DNA of 64,000 nucleotides, from contig CAZWVL010000008.1 in assembly GCA_964637115.1 (NCBI GenBank), positions 6,932 to 70,931 of the forward strand, written 5' to 3'. The stretch's first letter is position 1. Every line of letters starts with the position of its first letter. The stretch comes from an uncultured Methanosarcinales archaeon (lineage in GTDB: Archaea; Nanobdellota; Nanobdellia; Woesearchaeales; ARS49). Below the pieces are notes generated by a model. The model did not search any database. It saw only the letters and a program-made list of their open reading frames with translations, and had not been told where the DNA came from. This document shows positions 19,186 to 28,400 of the stretch, one piece after another. The position numbers and the translations under genes were made by a program.

Positions 19186-20457
19186 TTAGTCAGGACTAAA
19201 TCCCGCTTTCACGGCGCTCGCATTCTGGTCCTGTTTGTAATATGACGTCATCTGTTTTTTCCATCTATCAAATTCTGCCCAGGTCATGGCGCGATTTTCT
19301 GGCGCTATGCCAAGCTTGGCGCATGCCCATTCGTAGAGCCTGATAAAAACACGATAGTTACGACTCTCTGTTTGCTTATCTACCCAATATTTAGTGCTCA
19401 TTATGTGTTCGGAAGGATAACTTTCCACACGAACGATATCCTGCTTGCTACTCATTAGATTGTTTAATTCATTGATTGGAAATCTTTGTGTTCCTATGAT
19501 TATATCGGGCATTTTTTTGCCCTCGTTTTTGAGAAGTCCAAGTCCGATTGTGAAAAACATAAGCCTACCGATGTAATAGGTCGTGTGTGGATTGGCGACA
19601 CCAAGGTGATCATAGTAGTATTGTTCTGCCTTTTTTGTTTTGGTTATATGCGAGAGTGCTTCCATGTGCGCTTTGAATTCATTTATCCATACTTTATTGA
19701 AGTCAACGAGACGAACATATTGTTTGTCCAAAAATTCACCCCCTCCTTCGCTGAGAAGTTCGAACATGCTTGCGTAAAGCGTAATGATTGCTGGATTGGC
19801 CAGTTTTTCCCCTAATGCTTTGAGCTTGTTTCTGAATTTTTCTTCAAATGCAAATGCACCTTTTACATTCTCATAATGGTGCTGACCAATTTCGTGGAAG
19901 AAATACTTGTAAACCGTTGGGTAGTCAAATTTGCCGAGATAATAGAATGGTCCGACGATACGTTCAACGACCCATAAACCATTGAAGTAGACGTAAACCT
20001 CTTTTATGTTTGAAAGGTCTTGCTTGTAGTCTCCGTACCAGTCGCGATATTCGGCTTTCGGTGGTCGTATTATGTGTATGTGCATGTGAAAATCATCGTC
20101 TGTTACAGCGTGGGACGCGTCTCGAAGGGCTGCTTGAATGGAAATAAAAAGCATTCTTGAAGAGATGTCGATAAAGTCTTTCCATGTTGGTGCAGGTTTT
20201 TGCCCAAGAAGTTGAGTAATTTTGCTGTAGATTTTGTACTCCTTTTCATATGTCCCAGTTTTCATGTCAAGATAGGTTTCTTCTCTTTCTGGTTCTTTTA
20301 GGTGGTGTGAAACAAATAGTTGCCAATCTGATGCGAAATCCTGCGGGCGATAGCTGCGCACGTCTTCAGCCTCATATCCTGTTTGACCATACGTGATTGT
20401 AACAGTGACTTTTTTATCGTGCACGGGAAAAGTTGTAGTTCTGGTCTCAACTGGCAT
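19186..20457 (-). CDS. Hypothetical protein, possible gluzincin-like metallopeptidase
   Basis: FFHEIGQHH followed downstream by SEGGGEF; otherwise unrecognised. Confidence 0.55.
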   Translation of the reverse strand: MPVETRTTTFPVHDKKVTVTITYGQTGYEAEDVRSYRPQDFASDWQLFVSHHLKEPEREETYLDMKTGTYEKEYKIYSKITQLLGQKPAPTWKDFIDISSRMLFISIQAALRDASHAVTDDDFHMHIHIIRPPKAEYRDWYGDYKQDLSNIKEVYVYFNGLWVVERIVGPFYYLGKFDYPTVYKYFFHEIGQHHYENVKGAFAFEEKFRNKLKALGEKLANPAIITLYASMFELLSEGGGEFLDKQYVRLVDFNKVWINEFKAHMEALSHITKTKKAEQYYYDHLGVANPHTTYYIGRLMFFTIGLGLLKNEGKKMPDIIIGTQRFPINELNNLMSSKQDIVRVESYPSEHIMSTKYWVDKQTESRNYRVFIRLYEWACAKLGIAPENRAMTWAEFDRWKKQMTSYYKQDQNASAVKAGFSPD

Positions 20458-20603
20458 ATATGATTTAAGTCTCCACCTTTCTTTTTAAATATTCTCAAGA
20501 TACAGAAGAATCCTTCACCTTCTTGAACAGTTCGAAAAGGTCGACTATAAAAAGAGTTTTTAGGACTGTAGGAAAAGGCGAGAGATTTATTTGTTTAATA
20601 GTT

Positions 20604-21766
20604 GTTAGTTTCAATCGGAAGAAAGGGCTAATCTAATTGGGCAAGTTTACAAACTTTTTTATACATAGTTCATATAACCTAAAACATGAACGAAAATAGA
20701 AAATCTGGATACGTTGCAGGGGGAATATTTTTATTAGTTGGTATTCTTATTACTGTTGTAGGATTTGATTCAGGTTGGAATTCTGGAAAAATTACAATTA
20801 TCGTTGGTGTCTTTTTCACTCTGCTTGGTATTGGGGGAATTTGGAAACCAGACATTATAGGTCAACCACTTGCTCACTATCTTAAACAAGTTGCTGAGAA
20901 CCAGAAATCTGAATCAATTTCGCAGAATCAGAAAAAAACTAAAAATAGCACTCAGGCAATAGCAAAAGATCATTCTAATGTAACTGTACAAAATAACTAT
21001 TATAAATCTGATCTTCCAGAAGAAAAAACATCAGATGAAAAAAAAGAATTAATAAAAGAGATTGGTCAAGAGTTAACAAAAGAAAAATTATCTAACACAC
21101 TAATAAAGTGTATACGATTGGCTAATTTAATTAATTCTAAAAAAGATGTTTTTTGGCTTGAGAATGAAGCTCAAGGATTTGATGAGAGGACTCGTGGGAA
21201 AATTAAAGATGAAGAAATACCAGATTATAGAATTATAAATACAGAGATTAGATTAGCAAGTACCGCAGATATTGGTTATACCCCTCTTAATTATAAATTA
21301 ACTTTAGGTAGCCCAATATTTCAAATAGAAGAATGGATAGAATCTTATAATAAAACAACTTCTCCTGGTGAAATGATATTGACAGCTCCAATGACCGAAG
21401 CATTTAAAAAAATATATAGAGAATCTTTTCAGAAAAACCCTCCATCTGAGAAAATACCGTATATCATTTCAATAAGTGAATTAAAAAAGATTTTAAATGG
21501 AGTAAAATTAAGAATAAATACGTTTATTTCTTCAATAAAGTAAACTTGCCCTTAATTCTTGTTCTTTATGTATCGCATTCGCTTATTGAATAGAATGCTC
21601 TTTCTCTCGACTCTGCGGACGCAGGTTTTCGGAACTTCGTAACCGAAAACTAAACTAACAGGAATTTAACGGTTCGGAACGACCGCTTCGCTATTTTGCC
21701 AAGCAAAATTTGTCCCTCGCCCAAATTTGCTCCGCTACGCTCCGCAAACTTCGTTAAATTCCGGCG
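20604..21766 (+). mobile_element. Putative integron gene cassette 1
   Basis: Starts at G|TTAGTT (20604-20610) and ends in an attC-like site whose R'' AACTAAC is its exact complement; one AT-rich ORF inside. Confidence 0.65.
20686..21543 (+). CDS. Two-TM protein with AbiTii-like C-terminal domain
   Basis: LSNTLIKCIRLANL...WLENEAQGF...IPDYRII resembles the AbiTii pattern; AT-rich. Confidence 0.6.
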   Translation: MNENRKSGYVAGGIFLLVGILITVVGFDSGWNSGKITIIVGVFFTLLGIGGIWKPDIIGQPLAHYLKQVAENQKSESISQNQKKTKNSTQAIAKDHSNVTVQNNYYKSDLPEEKTSDEKKELIKEIGQELTKEKLSNTLIKCIRLANLINSKKDVFWLENEAQGFDERTRGKIKDEEIPDYRIINTEIRLASTADIGYTPLNYKLTLGSPIFQIEEWIESYNKTTSPGEMILTAPMTEAFKKIYRESFQKNPPSEKIPYIISISELKKILNGVKLRINTFISSIK

Positions 21767-21772
21767 TTATAT
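21653..21772 (+). other. attC-like recombination site
   Basis: AACTAAC-a-GGAATTTAACG ... CGTTAAATTCC-ggc-GTTATAT, with an 11-bp perfect inner inverted repeat and internal hairpins. Confidence 0.7.
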
Positions 21773-21782
21773 TTCAATTCGC

Positions 21783-22487
21783 CTACGCCTGCTTTAATAG
21801 AATTTTTGCTACTTTTTCTAATTCTTGAGAAGAGAATTTAATCTTTGATTCTTTATTTTGTATGTAATTACCTAATTGATCGACTTTTAAAACAGGAACA
21901 GTTGGATTATCACAATGCAAAATTACATTATCGTGTGTAAAAACCACTATTCCATCTACCCATATTCTTAATGACTTACTAAATATGTTTTTTGACTCAA
22001 CATATTGCTTTAATTTCAAAGCATTGCCTTTAACTTGTTTACTTGGACTTTTTATTTCGTGTTCTTCAGGGATTTTCCAGGTGTCTTTATATTGATACCA
22101 ATTATCTCCCTCACATCTAAGTTCTCCTTCAAAATTTTTTGTTTCTATAACAAAGATTCCATTACTGCCTAAAACTATATGGTCAATGTTACCATAACCA
22201 TCTGGTAAATTGACATCATTAATGAGGTAATAAGAATCTGGCAAATTTTGAAGGGATTCTATGGTTATCTGTTCGCCTTGTAGACCTCTACTATAATTCA
22301 TATAAAATTTAAAGAAAAATCCCCCAACCAATAACGAAATAACAAAAATATAAATTAGCGTAAAGTTCGTAATCAAAAATGAAATTAAAATCCCTACTCC
22401 CCCAATAGAAAAAAACATACTTGAAATATTTCTATATAATTTTGCTTTGTCTTCTAAATACGTTCCTGTTTCTTGTAAATTTTTCAT
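21783..22487 (-). CDS. NERD (nuclease-related) domain membrane protein
   Basis: Two N-terminal TM helices; G..GE, IDHIVLGSNGIFVIETKN, SPSKQ. Confidence 0.88.
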   Translation of the reverse strand: MKNLQETGTYLEDKAKLYRNISSMFFSIGGVGILISFLITNFTLIYIFVISLLVGGFFFKFYMNYSRGLQGEQITIESLQNLPDSYYLINDVNLPDGYGNIDHIVLGSNGIFVIETKNFEGELRCEGDNWYQYKDTWKIPEEHEIKSPSKQVKGNALKLKQYVESKNIFSKSLRIWVDGIVVFTHDNVILHCDNPTVPVLKVDQLGNYIQNKESKIKFSSQELEKVAKILLKQA

Positions 22488-22489
22488 TT

Positions 22490-22960
22490 TCAGTTATTGC
22501 TATCCTTGGGTGAAGCCATATGAACCACATCATCATCGTCGTCATCTATCACCATATGAGCCGCAACATCATCACTATCATCGTATATCTTTGAGTGAAG
22601 CCATATGAACCACCACAATAACATTATAGAAAAGAAGTCAATAGGATTGAAGAAGACGGAGCGAATATAAGTTCTCTCAGGACTTGAATAATGTTGAAAG
22701 ATGAAAAACGAGTAAAGATTGAGAAGGAGTGATATTGAAATAAGAACTATCATCAATTCTAAGAATAATTTATATATGATTGTTGAAACAGATAGTCTAG
22801 TTGTAACTTTTGTAACTTCTATAATCTTGCCTGACTCGTCGTATGTTGTTATCGTTTGTTCTCTTATCCAACCCAATAATTTTCTCAAAAATTCTCCAAA
22901 TCTGTTCTTTCCCATACCTTTCTCTTTCAAGTATGTTTTTGTTTTCTGAAGATTCTTCAT
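22490..22960 (-). CDS. Hypothetical membrane protein
   Basis: Two TM helices, acidic repeated tail, N-terminus resembles that of the NERD gene. Confidence 0.6.
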   Translation of the reverse strand: MKNLQKTKTYLKEKGMGKNRFGEFLRKLLGWIREQTITTYDESGKIIEVTKVTTRLSVSTIIYKLFLELMIVLISISLLLNLYSFFIFQHYSSPERTYIRSVFFNPIDFFSIMLLWWFIWLHSKIYDDSDDVAAHMVIDDDDDDVVHMASPKDSNN

Positions 22961-23125
22961 ATTATTAATAGTAAATTCTCTTCTCTTTAATACTTTCTGA
23001 ACGGCAGGCTACGGCGGACTTTGATTTTTTGCCTTCGGCATCGTAGTACTTCCTCTGCTTTTCACTACAGTTCGAAAAACTGCCTTTTTAAAGCCCTTCT
23101 TGAATAGTCCCTGAAGGTAGAGGAT

Positions 23126-23398
23126 CTAGGATGATTTTTTTCTTTGAAATAAAGACCAAATAACATAAACTAAGATCGCGGGAATAAGAATAATTACATC
23201 ACGCAAAAGGGTTTGCCCTAAAGACCAGCATGTACAAGGATCGATTGTAAAGAGCGCCATCATTCTATATATGTTTTGATAGTCTGGACATTGGGCAGGT
23301 AAACACGTTGCTTGAGAAAATAGACGGACAACATACCACCAAGGGACTGATGCAATAATCGATACAAACAATTTAGCTCTTGTAAAACGAAAGTTCAT
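23126..23398 (-). CDS. Small two-TM hypothetical protein with Cys-rich loop
   Basis: Hydrophobic ends; CLPAQCP..PCTC; Y.IWSL C-terminus. Confidence 0.65.
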   Translation of the reverse strand: MNFRFTRAKLFVSIIASVPWWYVVRLFSQATCLPAQCPDYQNIYRMMALFTIDPCTCWSLGQTLLRDVIILIPAILVYVIWSLFQRKKSS

Positions 23399-23542
23399 TG
23401 TTATAAATCACCAACTATTTTATTTAAATCTTTGGTAATCCTAGGGCAAAATTCTCACTTTTTCGGATAGTCTTTTAGCATATTAGAATAAAGCTTTGAA
23501 TAAACACCAACAATTAAATACGCAGTAATTAATTTCAAGAAA

Positions 23543-23734
23543 ATGGCGCTTTCAATCATCATCTTCATCGGCTTAATCATTCTGGCAGTGATTGCCCTAA
23601 AATTCCTTGGAGGAATGCTGCGCACGATTATTTCCACTGCACTCTTCATCATTGCAGCAGCATTCTTGCTGAAATGGTTCACGGGAACGGACTTGTTTGG
23701 AATAGCGGGATTTGTCACAGGCCTCTTACCTTAA
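23543..23734 (+). CDS. Small membrane protein
   Basis: 63 aa with two hydrophobic helices. Confidence 0.6.
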   Translation: MALSIIIFIGLIILAVIALKFLGGMLRTIISTALFIIAAAFLLKWFTGTDLFGIAGFVTGLLP

Positions 23735-24461
23735 GCCAAAGTTCAGGAATCATTTTCTCGGCAAGAGGACGCAAATTCAGAATGTCTTCTTCATTGTACA
23801 TCACAAGCTTGTTAAGATAATCTCTGTCGCCAGTGCTTTTCCACATCTCCCACAAATAAACAGCATCCTCTCCTGAAATTCCCTCAACTTCAGCACGGCG
23901 TTTAATGCCTAACTGCTTTTCAATTGACTTCAAGCCGCCAGTGTAGCCGACTTTCTGGCAGACAAAACGCAAATCAACGTGAGGAATGTTTGGTTTAATG
24001 TTGAAGTAACGCTCGATAACAGGAAGGTCAAATGATGCACCGTTAAAAGTAACAATCATCTTGTATTTTTCCAATTCCTTCAAAATTAATGAACGATCAA
24101 GATTAAAGCCGCGCACAAAAGTCTTTGCATCAACTCCATCAGACATTCCGATGACAGTAATGCCGCTGTAATAACCATTTGTTTCGATGTCAAGATACAC
24201 AGCTTCGTCCTTAAACTCATTGTAAAGACGCCATTGGTCAGAAAAAGGAATCTTTTGAGAAAAGAAAACAGCATCCTCATCGCGCAAACGCTGCTTTGCT
24301 TCCTGCAACTTCCAGTCAAAAGTCTCCTTTCGCGCATTACTAAGACCGGTTACCTTTTGCACGGCAAGAAAATCATCCCAAGAATGAATTTTCTGGCTCC
24401 AGATTTTTGACTCAGTACGATGCTTGACATTCGGCAGCAGGACAAATGATTGGGATAACAT
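23715..24461 (-). CDS. RNase H-like (YprB / RNase_H_2) exonuclease
   Basis: YLDIET, VTFNGASFDLP, GGLKSIEK.LGI.R, YNEEDILNL. Confidence 0.88.
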   Translation of the reverse strand: MLSQSFVLLPNVKHRTESKIWSQKIHSWDDFLAVQKVTGLSNARKETFDWKLQEAKQRLRDEDAVFFSQKIPFSDQWRLYNEFKDEAVYLDIETNGYYSGITVIGMSDGVDAKTFVRGFNLDRSLILKELEKYKMIVTFNGASFDLPVIERYFNIKPNIPHVDLRFVCQKVGYTGGLKSIEKQLGIKRRAEVEGISGEDAVYLWEMWKSTGDRDYLNKLVMYNEEDILNLRPLAEKMIPELWLKVRGL

Positions 24462-24522
24462 AGTTTACCTCTTTACAGATGAGTTTCCGCACAACGTTTA
24501 TAAACGCTGCGCACATATGTCC

Positions 24523-24604
24523 AGTGGTAAGTGGGTTGATTTAGGCTACGCAATTATATTCAGGGGGGCTCAACCGCCGTCCCCCTTCAACCCCCGCGGT
24601 CACT
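24523..24604 (+). other. GC-rich structured intergenic segment (possible ncRNA or leader)
   Basis: GGGTTGA/TCAACCC and GGGGG/CCCCC nested stems downstream of TTTATAAA. Confidence 0.35.
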
Positions 24605-25423
24605 ATGCCAGCATTTGCATTACATGTGGACAGTTGCAAGAAGTTGTTTGAACATTTCAAACTGCGCAAGAAAAGCTTCAATTTCGCGCTAGTTTCTTTA
24701 GGAAGCGTCCTGCCAGACCTGCAAGAATTCGGAATAATCAAATCAGTGCACGGCAGAGCAGAACAATTCCTTCAATATTTGCTGAAAACAGACCCGAAAT
24801 ACGCGCCATTAGCGATAGGAATGATAATGCACGAGGAACTTGACAGAGTAATAGACACGCAGTTTGTCAATCCACACCTGCCTGCAGCAAGAGAATTACT
24901 TGAACAATACGAGTTTAGTTCAGAAAAAGTATCGCTGGCAGCACACTACCTGATAGACCACTCAGTCAACTGTTCAATTCTTGAGAAAGAGCCGCATTTG
25001 TTAAAGATAACAGAAGGCATGAAGAAAAAACTATCCCACAGATATGCGCACAAGATAGCGTATCATCTGACCAAATTCTTTGGAGGAGACGAGGAACAAA
25101 TACTCAAAGCAATGCACACATTCAGAGATTTTGACTTATCACAATACTTATCACCAGATGATGCTGCAGCACTATATGCAAAATTTTTCTTCCTGCAAAA
25201 AGAACTGAAAGAAAAACAGCCGGTAAGCTTAATCAGCAAAGTGAAACTTGGACTGAGCTACGGAAAGTTCCTTCTAAGCCACCATAAAAACACTGCAAAA
25301 GAAGTCTGCGCTCAAGCAAAACAGAAATTCACCAACCACGGCAAAGCTTATCTTGAAGCTCGCAAAGCAATGATCAAAAGAATGGCAAAACTTTCTGCAA
25401 CATACGCATTGACGCTGAAATAA
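24605..25423 (+). CDS. Zinc-dependent phospholipase C-like / metal-dependent hydrolase
   Basis: MP...H, LGSVLPD, SVH, GMIMHEELD pattern. Confidence 0.6.
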   Translation: MPAFALHVDSCKKLFEHFKLRKKSFNFALVSLGSVLPDLQEFGIIKSVHGRAEQFLQYLLKTDPKYAPLAIGMIMHEELDRVIDTQFVNPHLPAARELLEQYEFSSEKVSLAAHYLIDHSVNCSILEKEPHLLKITEGMKKKLSHRYAHKIAYHLTKFFGGDEEQILKAMHTFRDFDLSQYLSPDDAAALYAKFFFLQKELKEKQPVSLISKVKLGLSYGKFLLSHHKNTAKEVCAQAKQKFTNHGKAYLEARKAMIKRMAKLSATYALTLK

Positions 25424-25430
25424 ACCTAAC

Positions 25431-28400
25431 TTATTTATTTCTACGAGAATACCAAATGCCTATAATTGCCAGAGCGATAAGGATAAGCAACAAAATCCAC
25501 CACAACCAGTTCACAGAACTGGGTTCAACTGCCACAGCGCCAGTAATTTCTCCTCCAGCAAATGAAGAGACCTGCTCAGGAATAAACGCCGGAATAGGCT
25601 TTTTTGATTCATCTGAAGCAAGCGTTGCGCCACCACCAAAACTGCCAGGTCCTGGCTGCGCAGCAGGAGCTGCTGCAGGTTCGCCTCCAGTAGGAGGACC
25701 GTGACCTGTTGAAAGAGGACGGTGACTCGAACCGCCACCTCCGCCGCCTCCACTACCGCCAACAGATGCAGGAGCAGGAGCTGCAACGACACTAACATTG
25801 CGTACGGCCTGTGCAGAATTTCCTGAAGAGTCAGTAACGTCGTAAGTAACATTATATGTGCCGACAACAGAAAAGTTAACGCCATTGGTTACAACAATAG
25901 ATCCTGTAACGTTTCCGTCAAAATTGTCTGAAGCTGTCGCGCTGGCGTCAACATAAGAAGAACCAACTGTGATTGTGGCCGGATTAGAGCCTAAGATAGT
26001 GATAACAGGAGGCGTTGTGTCAACAACATTAACAGTTCTCGTAACTTGAATTGCGACGTTACCTGAACTGTCAGAAACATCATACGTGACGATGTAAGCT
26101 CCTAAAATACTCGTGTCCACTGGGTTAACGGTCACAATTGAACCAGTAATATTGCCATCATAATTGTCATCGGCAGTTGCACCATCATCAACATAAACAC
26201 TGCCTGCTTCCACAGTCACAGGGTCAGAGCCAACCAAAGAAATAACTGGCAAAGTCGTATCAACAACGTTCACAGTTCTTGTGACTTGAACAGCAGAATT
26301 GCCTGAACTGTCAGAAACATCGTAAGTCACAGTGTAAACTCCAAGAGCACTCGTGTTAACAGGATTAACAACAACAATAGAACCAGTTAGATCACCATCA
26401 TAATTATCCAAAGCAGTAGCACCATCATCAACATAAACACTACCAACCTCAACAGTCACAGGATCACTACCAACCAAAGAAATAACTGGTAAAGTCGTAT
26501 CAACAACATTAACAGTACGAGTAACTTGAACAGCCGCATTGCCTGAACTGTCAGAGACATCATACGTCACGATGTAAGCGCCTAAAACGCTTGTATTAAC
26601 AGGATTAACTGTTACAATAGACCCCGATAAGTCACCGTCGTAATTATCCAAAGCAGTAGCACCATCATCAACATACACAGAACCAACCTCAACATTTACT
26701 GGAGTCGAACCAACTAAAGAGATAACTGGATCAGTAGTATCAACAACATTAACAGTACGCGTAACCTGAACTGCAGCATTGCTGGAAGAATCGGAAACAT
26801 CATAAGTCACGACGTAAGCACCAAGAGCACTAGTATTAACCGGATTCACAACAACAATAGAACCGGTAAGGTCGCCATCTCCAGCATCCAAGGCAGTCGC
26901 GCCATCATCAACATAAACACCGCCAACTTCCACAACAACAGGAGTTGAACCAGCTAACGTAATGACAGGAATACCAGTATCAACAACATTAACAGTACGC
27001 GTAACTTGAGTAGCCGCGTTACCAGAACTATCAGACACGTCATACGTCACGATATAAGCGCCAAGAACACTGGTATTCACAGGATTAACAACAACAATAA
27101 AGCTTGTTAGGTCGCCATCATAATTATCAAAAGCAGTCGCACCATCATCAACATAAACACTACCAACTTCAACATTCACAGGAGTTACGCCAACCAAAGA
27201 AATAACCGGATCAGTAGTATCAACAACATTAACAGTTCTCGTAACCTGAACAGCAGCATTACCAGAACTGTCAGACACGTCGTAAGTCACAATGTAAGCA
27301 CCAAGAGCACTGGTATTCACAGGATTAACAGTAACTATAGAGCCGGTAAGGTCACCATCTCCCGCATCAAAAGCAGTCGCACCATCATCAACATACACAG
27401 AACCAACCTCAACATTTACTGGAGTTGAACCTGTTAACGTGATAACCGGCACACTGGTGTCAACAACATTCACTGTACGCGTAACCTGAACTGCAGAATT
27501 ACCAGAACTATCAGAAACATCATAAGTTACGGTGTAAGCGCCAAGAGCACTGGTATTAACAGGATTAAAAGTAACAATAGCGCCAGTCAGATCACCATCG
27601 TAATTATCAAGAGCAGTTGCGCCATCATCAACATAAACGCTACCTACTTCTATATTTACTGGAGTTGAGCCAGCCAAAGAAATAACCGGATCAGTAGTAT
27701 CAACAACATTAACGGTACGAGTAACCTGAACAGCAGAATTACCAGAACTATCAGAAACATCATACGTAACAACATACGCGCCAACAACGCTCGTATTAAC
27801 AGGATCAACTGTTACGATAGAACCTGATAAGTCACCATCGTAATTATCCAAAGCAGTGGCACCGTCATCAACATAAGCGCCGCCTACCTCTATATTTACT
27901 GGAGTTGAACCAACCAAAGAAATCACAGGATCAGTAGTATCAACAACATTAACAGTACGCGTAACTTGAGCTGCGTCATTTCCAGCAACATCAGAAACAT
28001 CATAAGTAACTATGTACGCACCAACAACACTCGTGTTGACCGGATTGACAGTAACAATAGAACCAGTCAAATCACCGTCGTAATTATCAAGAGCAGTCGC
28101 ACCGTCATCAGAATAAACAGAACCAACTTCAACATTCACTGGAGTTGAACCAACCAAAGAAATAACCGGATCGGTAGTATCAACAACATTAACAGTACGC
28201 GTAACTTGAACCGCGTCATTTCCAGCAGCATCAGAAACATCGTAAGTCACGATGTAAGCGCCAAGAGCACTAGTATTAACAGGATTCACAACAACAATAG
28301 AACCGGTAAGGTCTCCGTCAACATTATCCAAAGCAGTGGCACCATCATCAACATAAGCGCTGCCTGCTTCTATGGTTACAGGAGTAGAACCAACAAGCGT

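Noticed and set aside
19186-23398. Prophage or IS element
   Set aside because: No integrase, transposase, capsid or terminase motifs seen
24523-24604. tRNA or 5S rRNA
   Set aside because: No cloverleaf, no T-loop GTTCRA in context and no 5S consensus; kept only as a structured candidate
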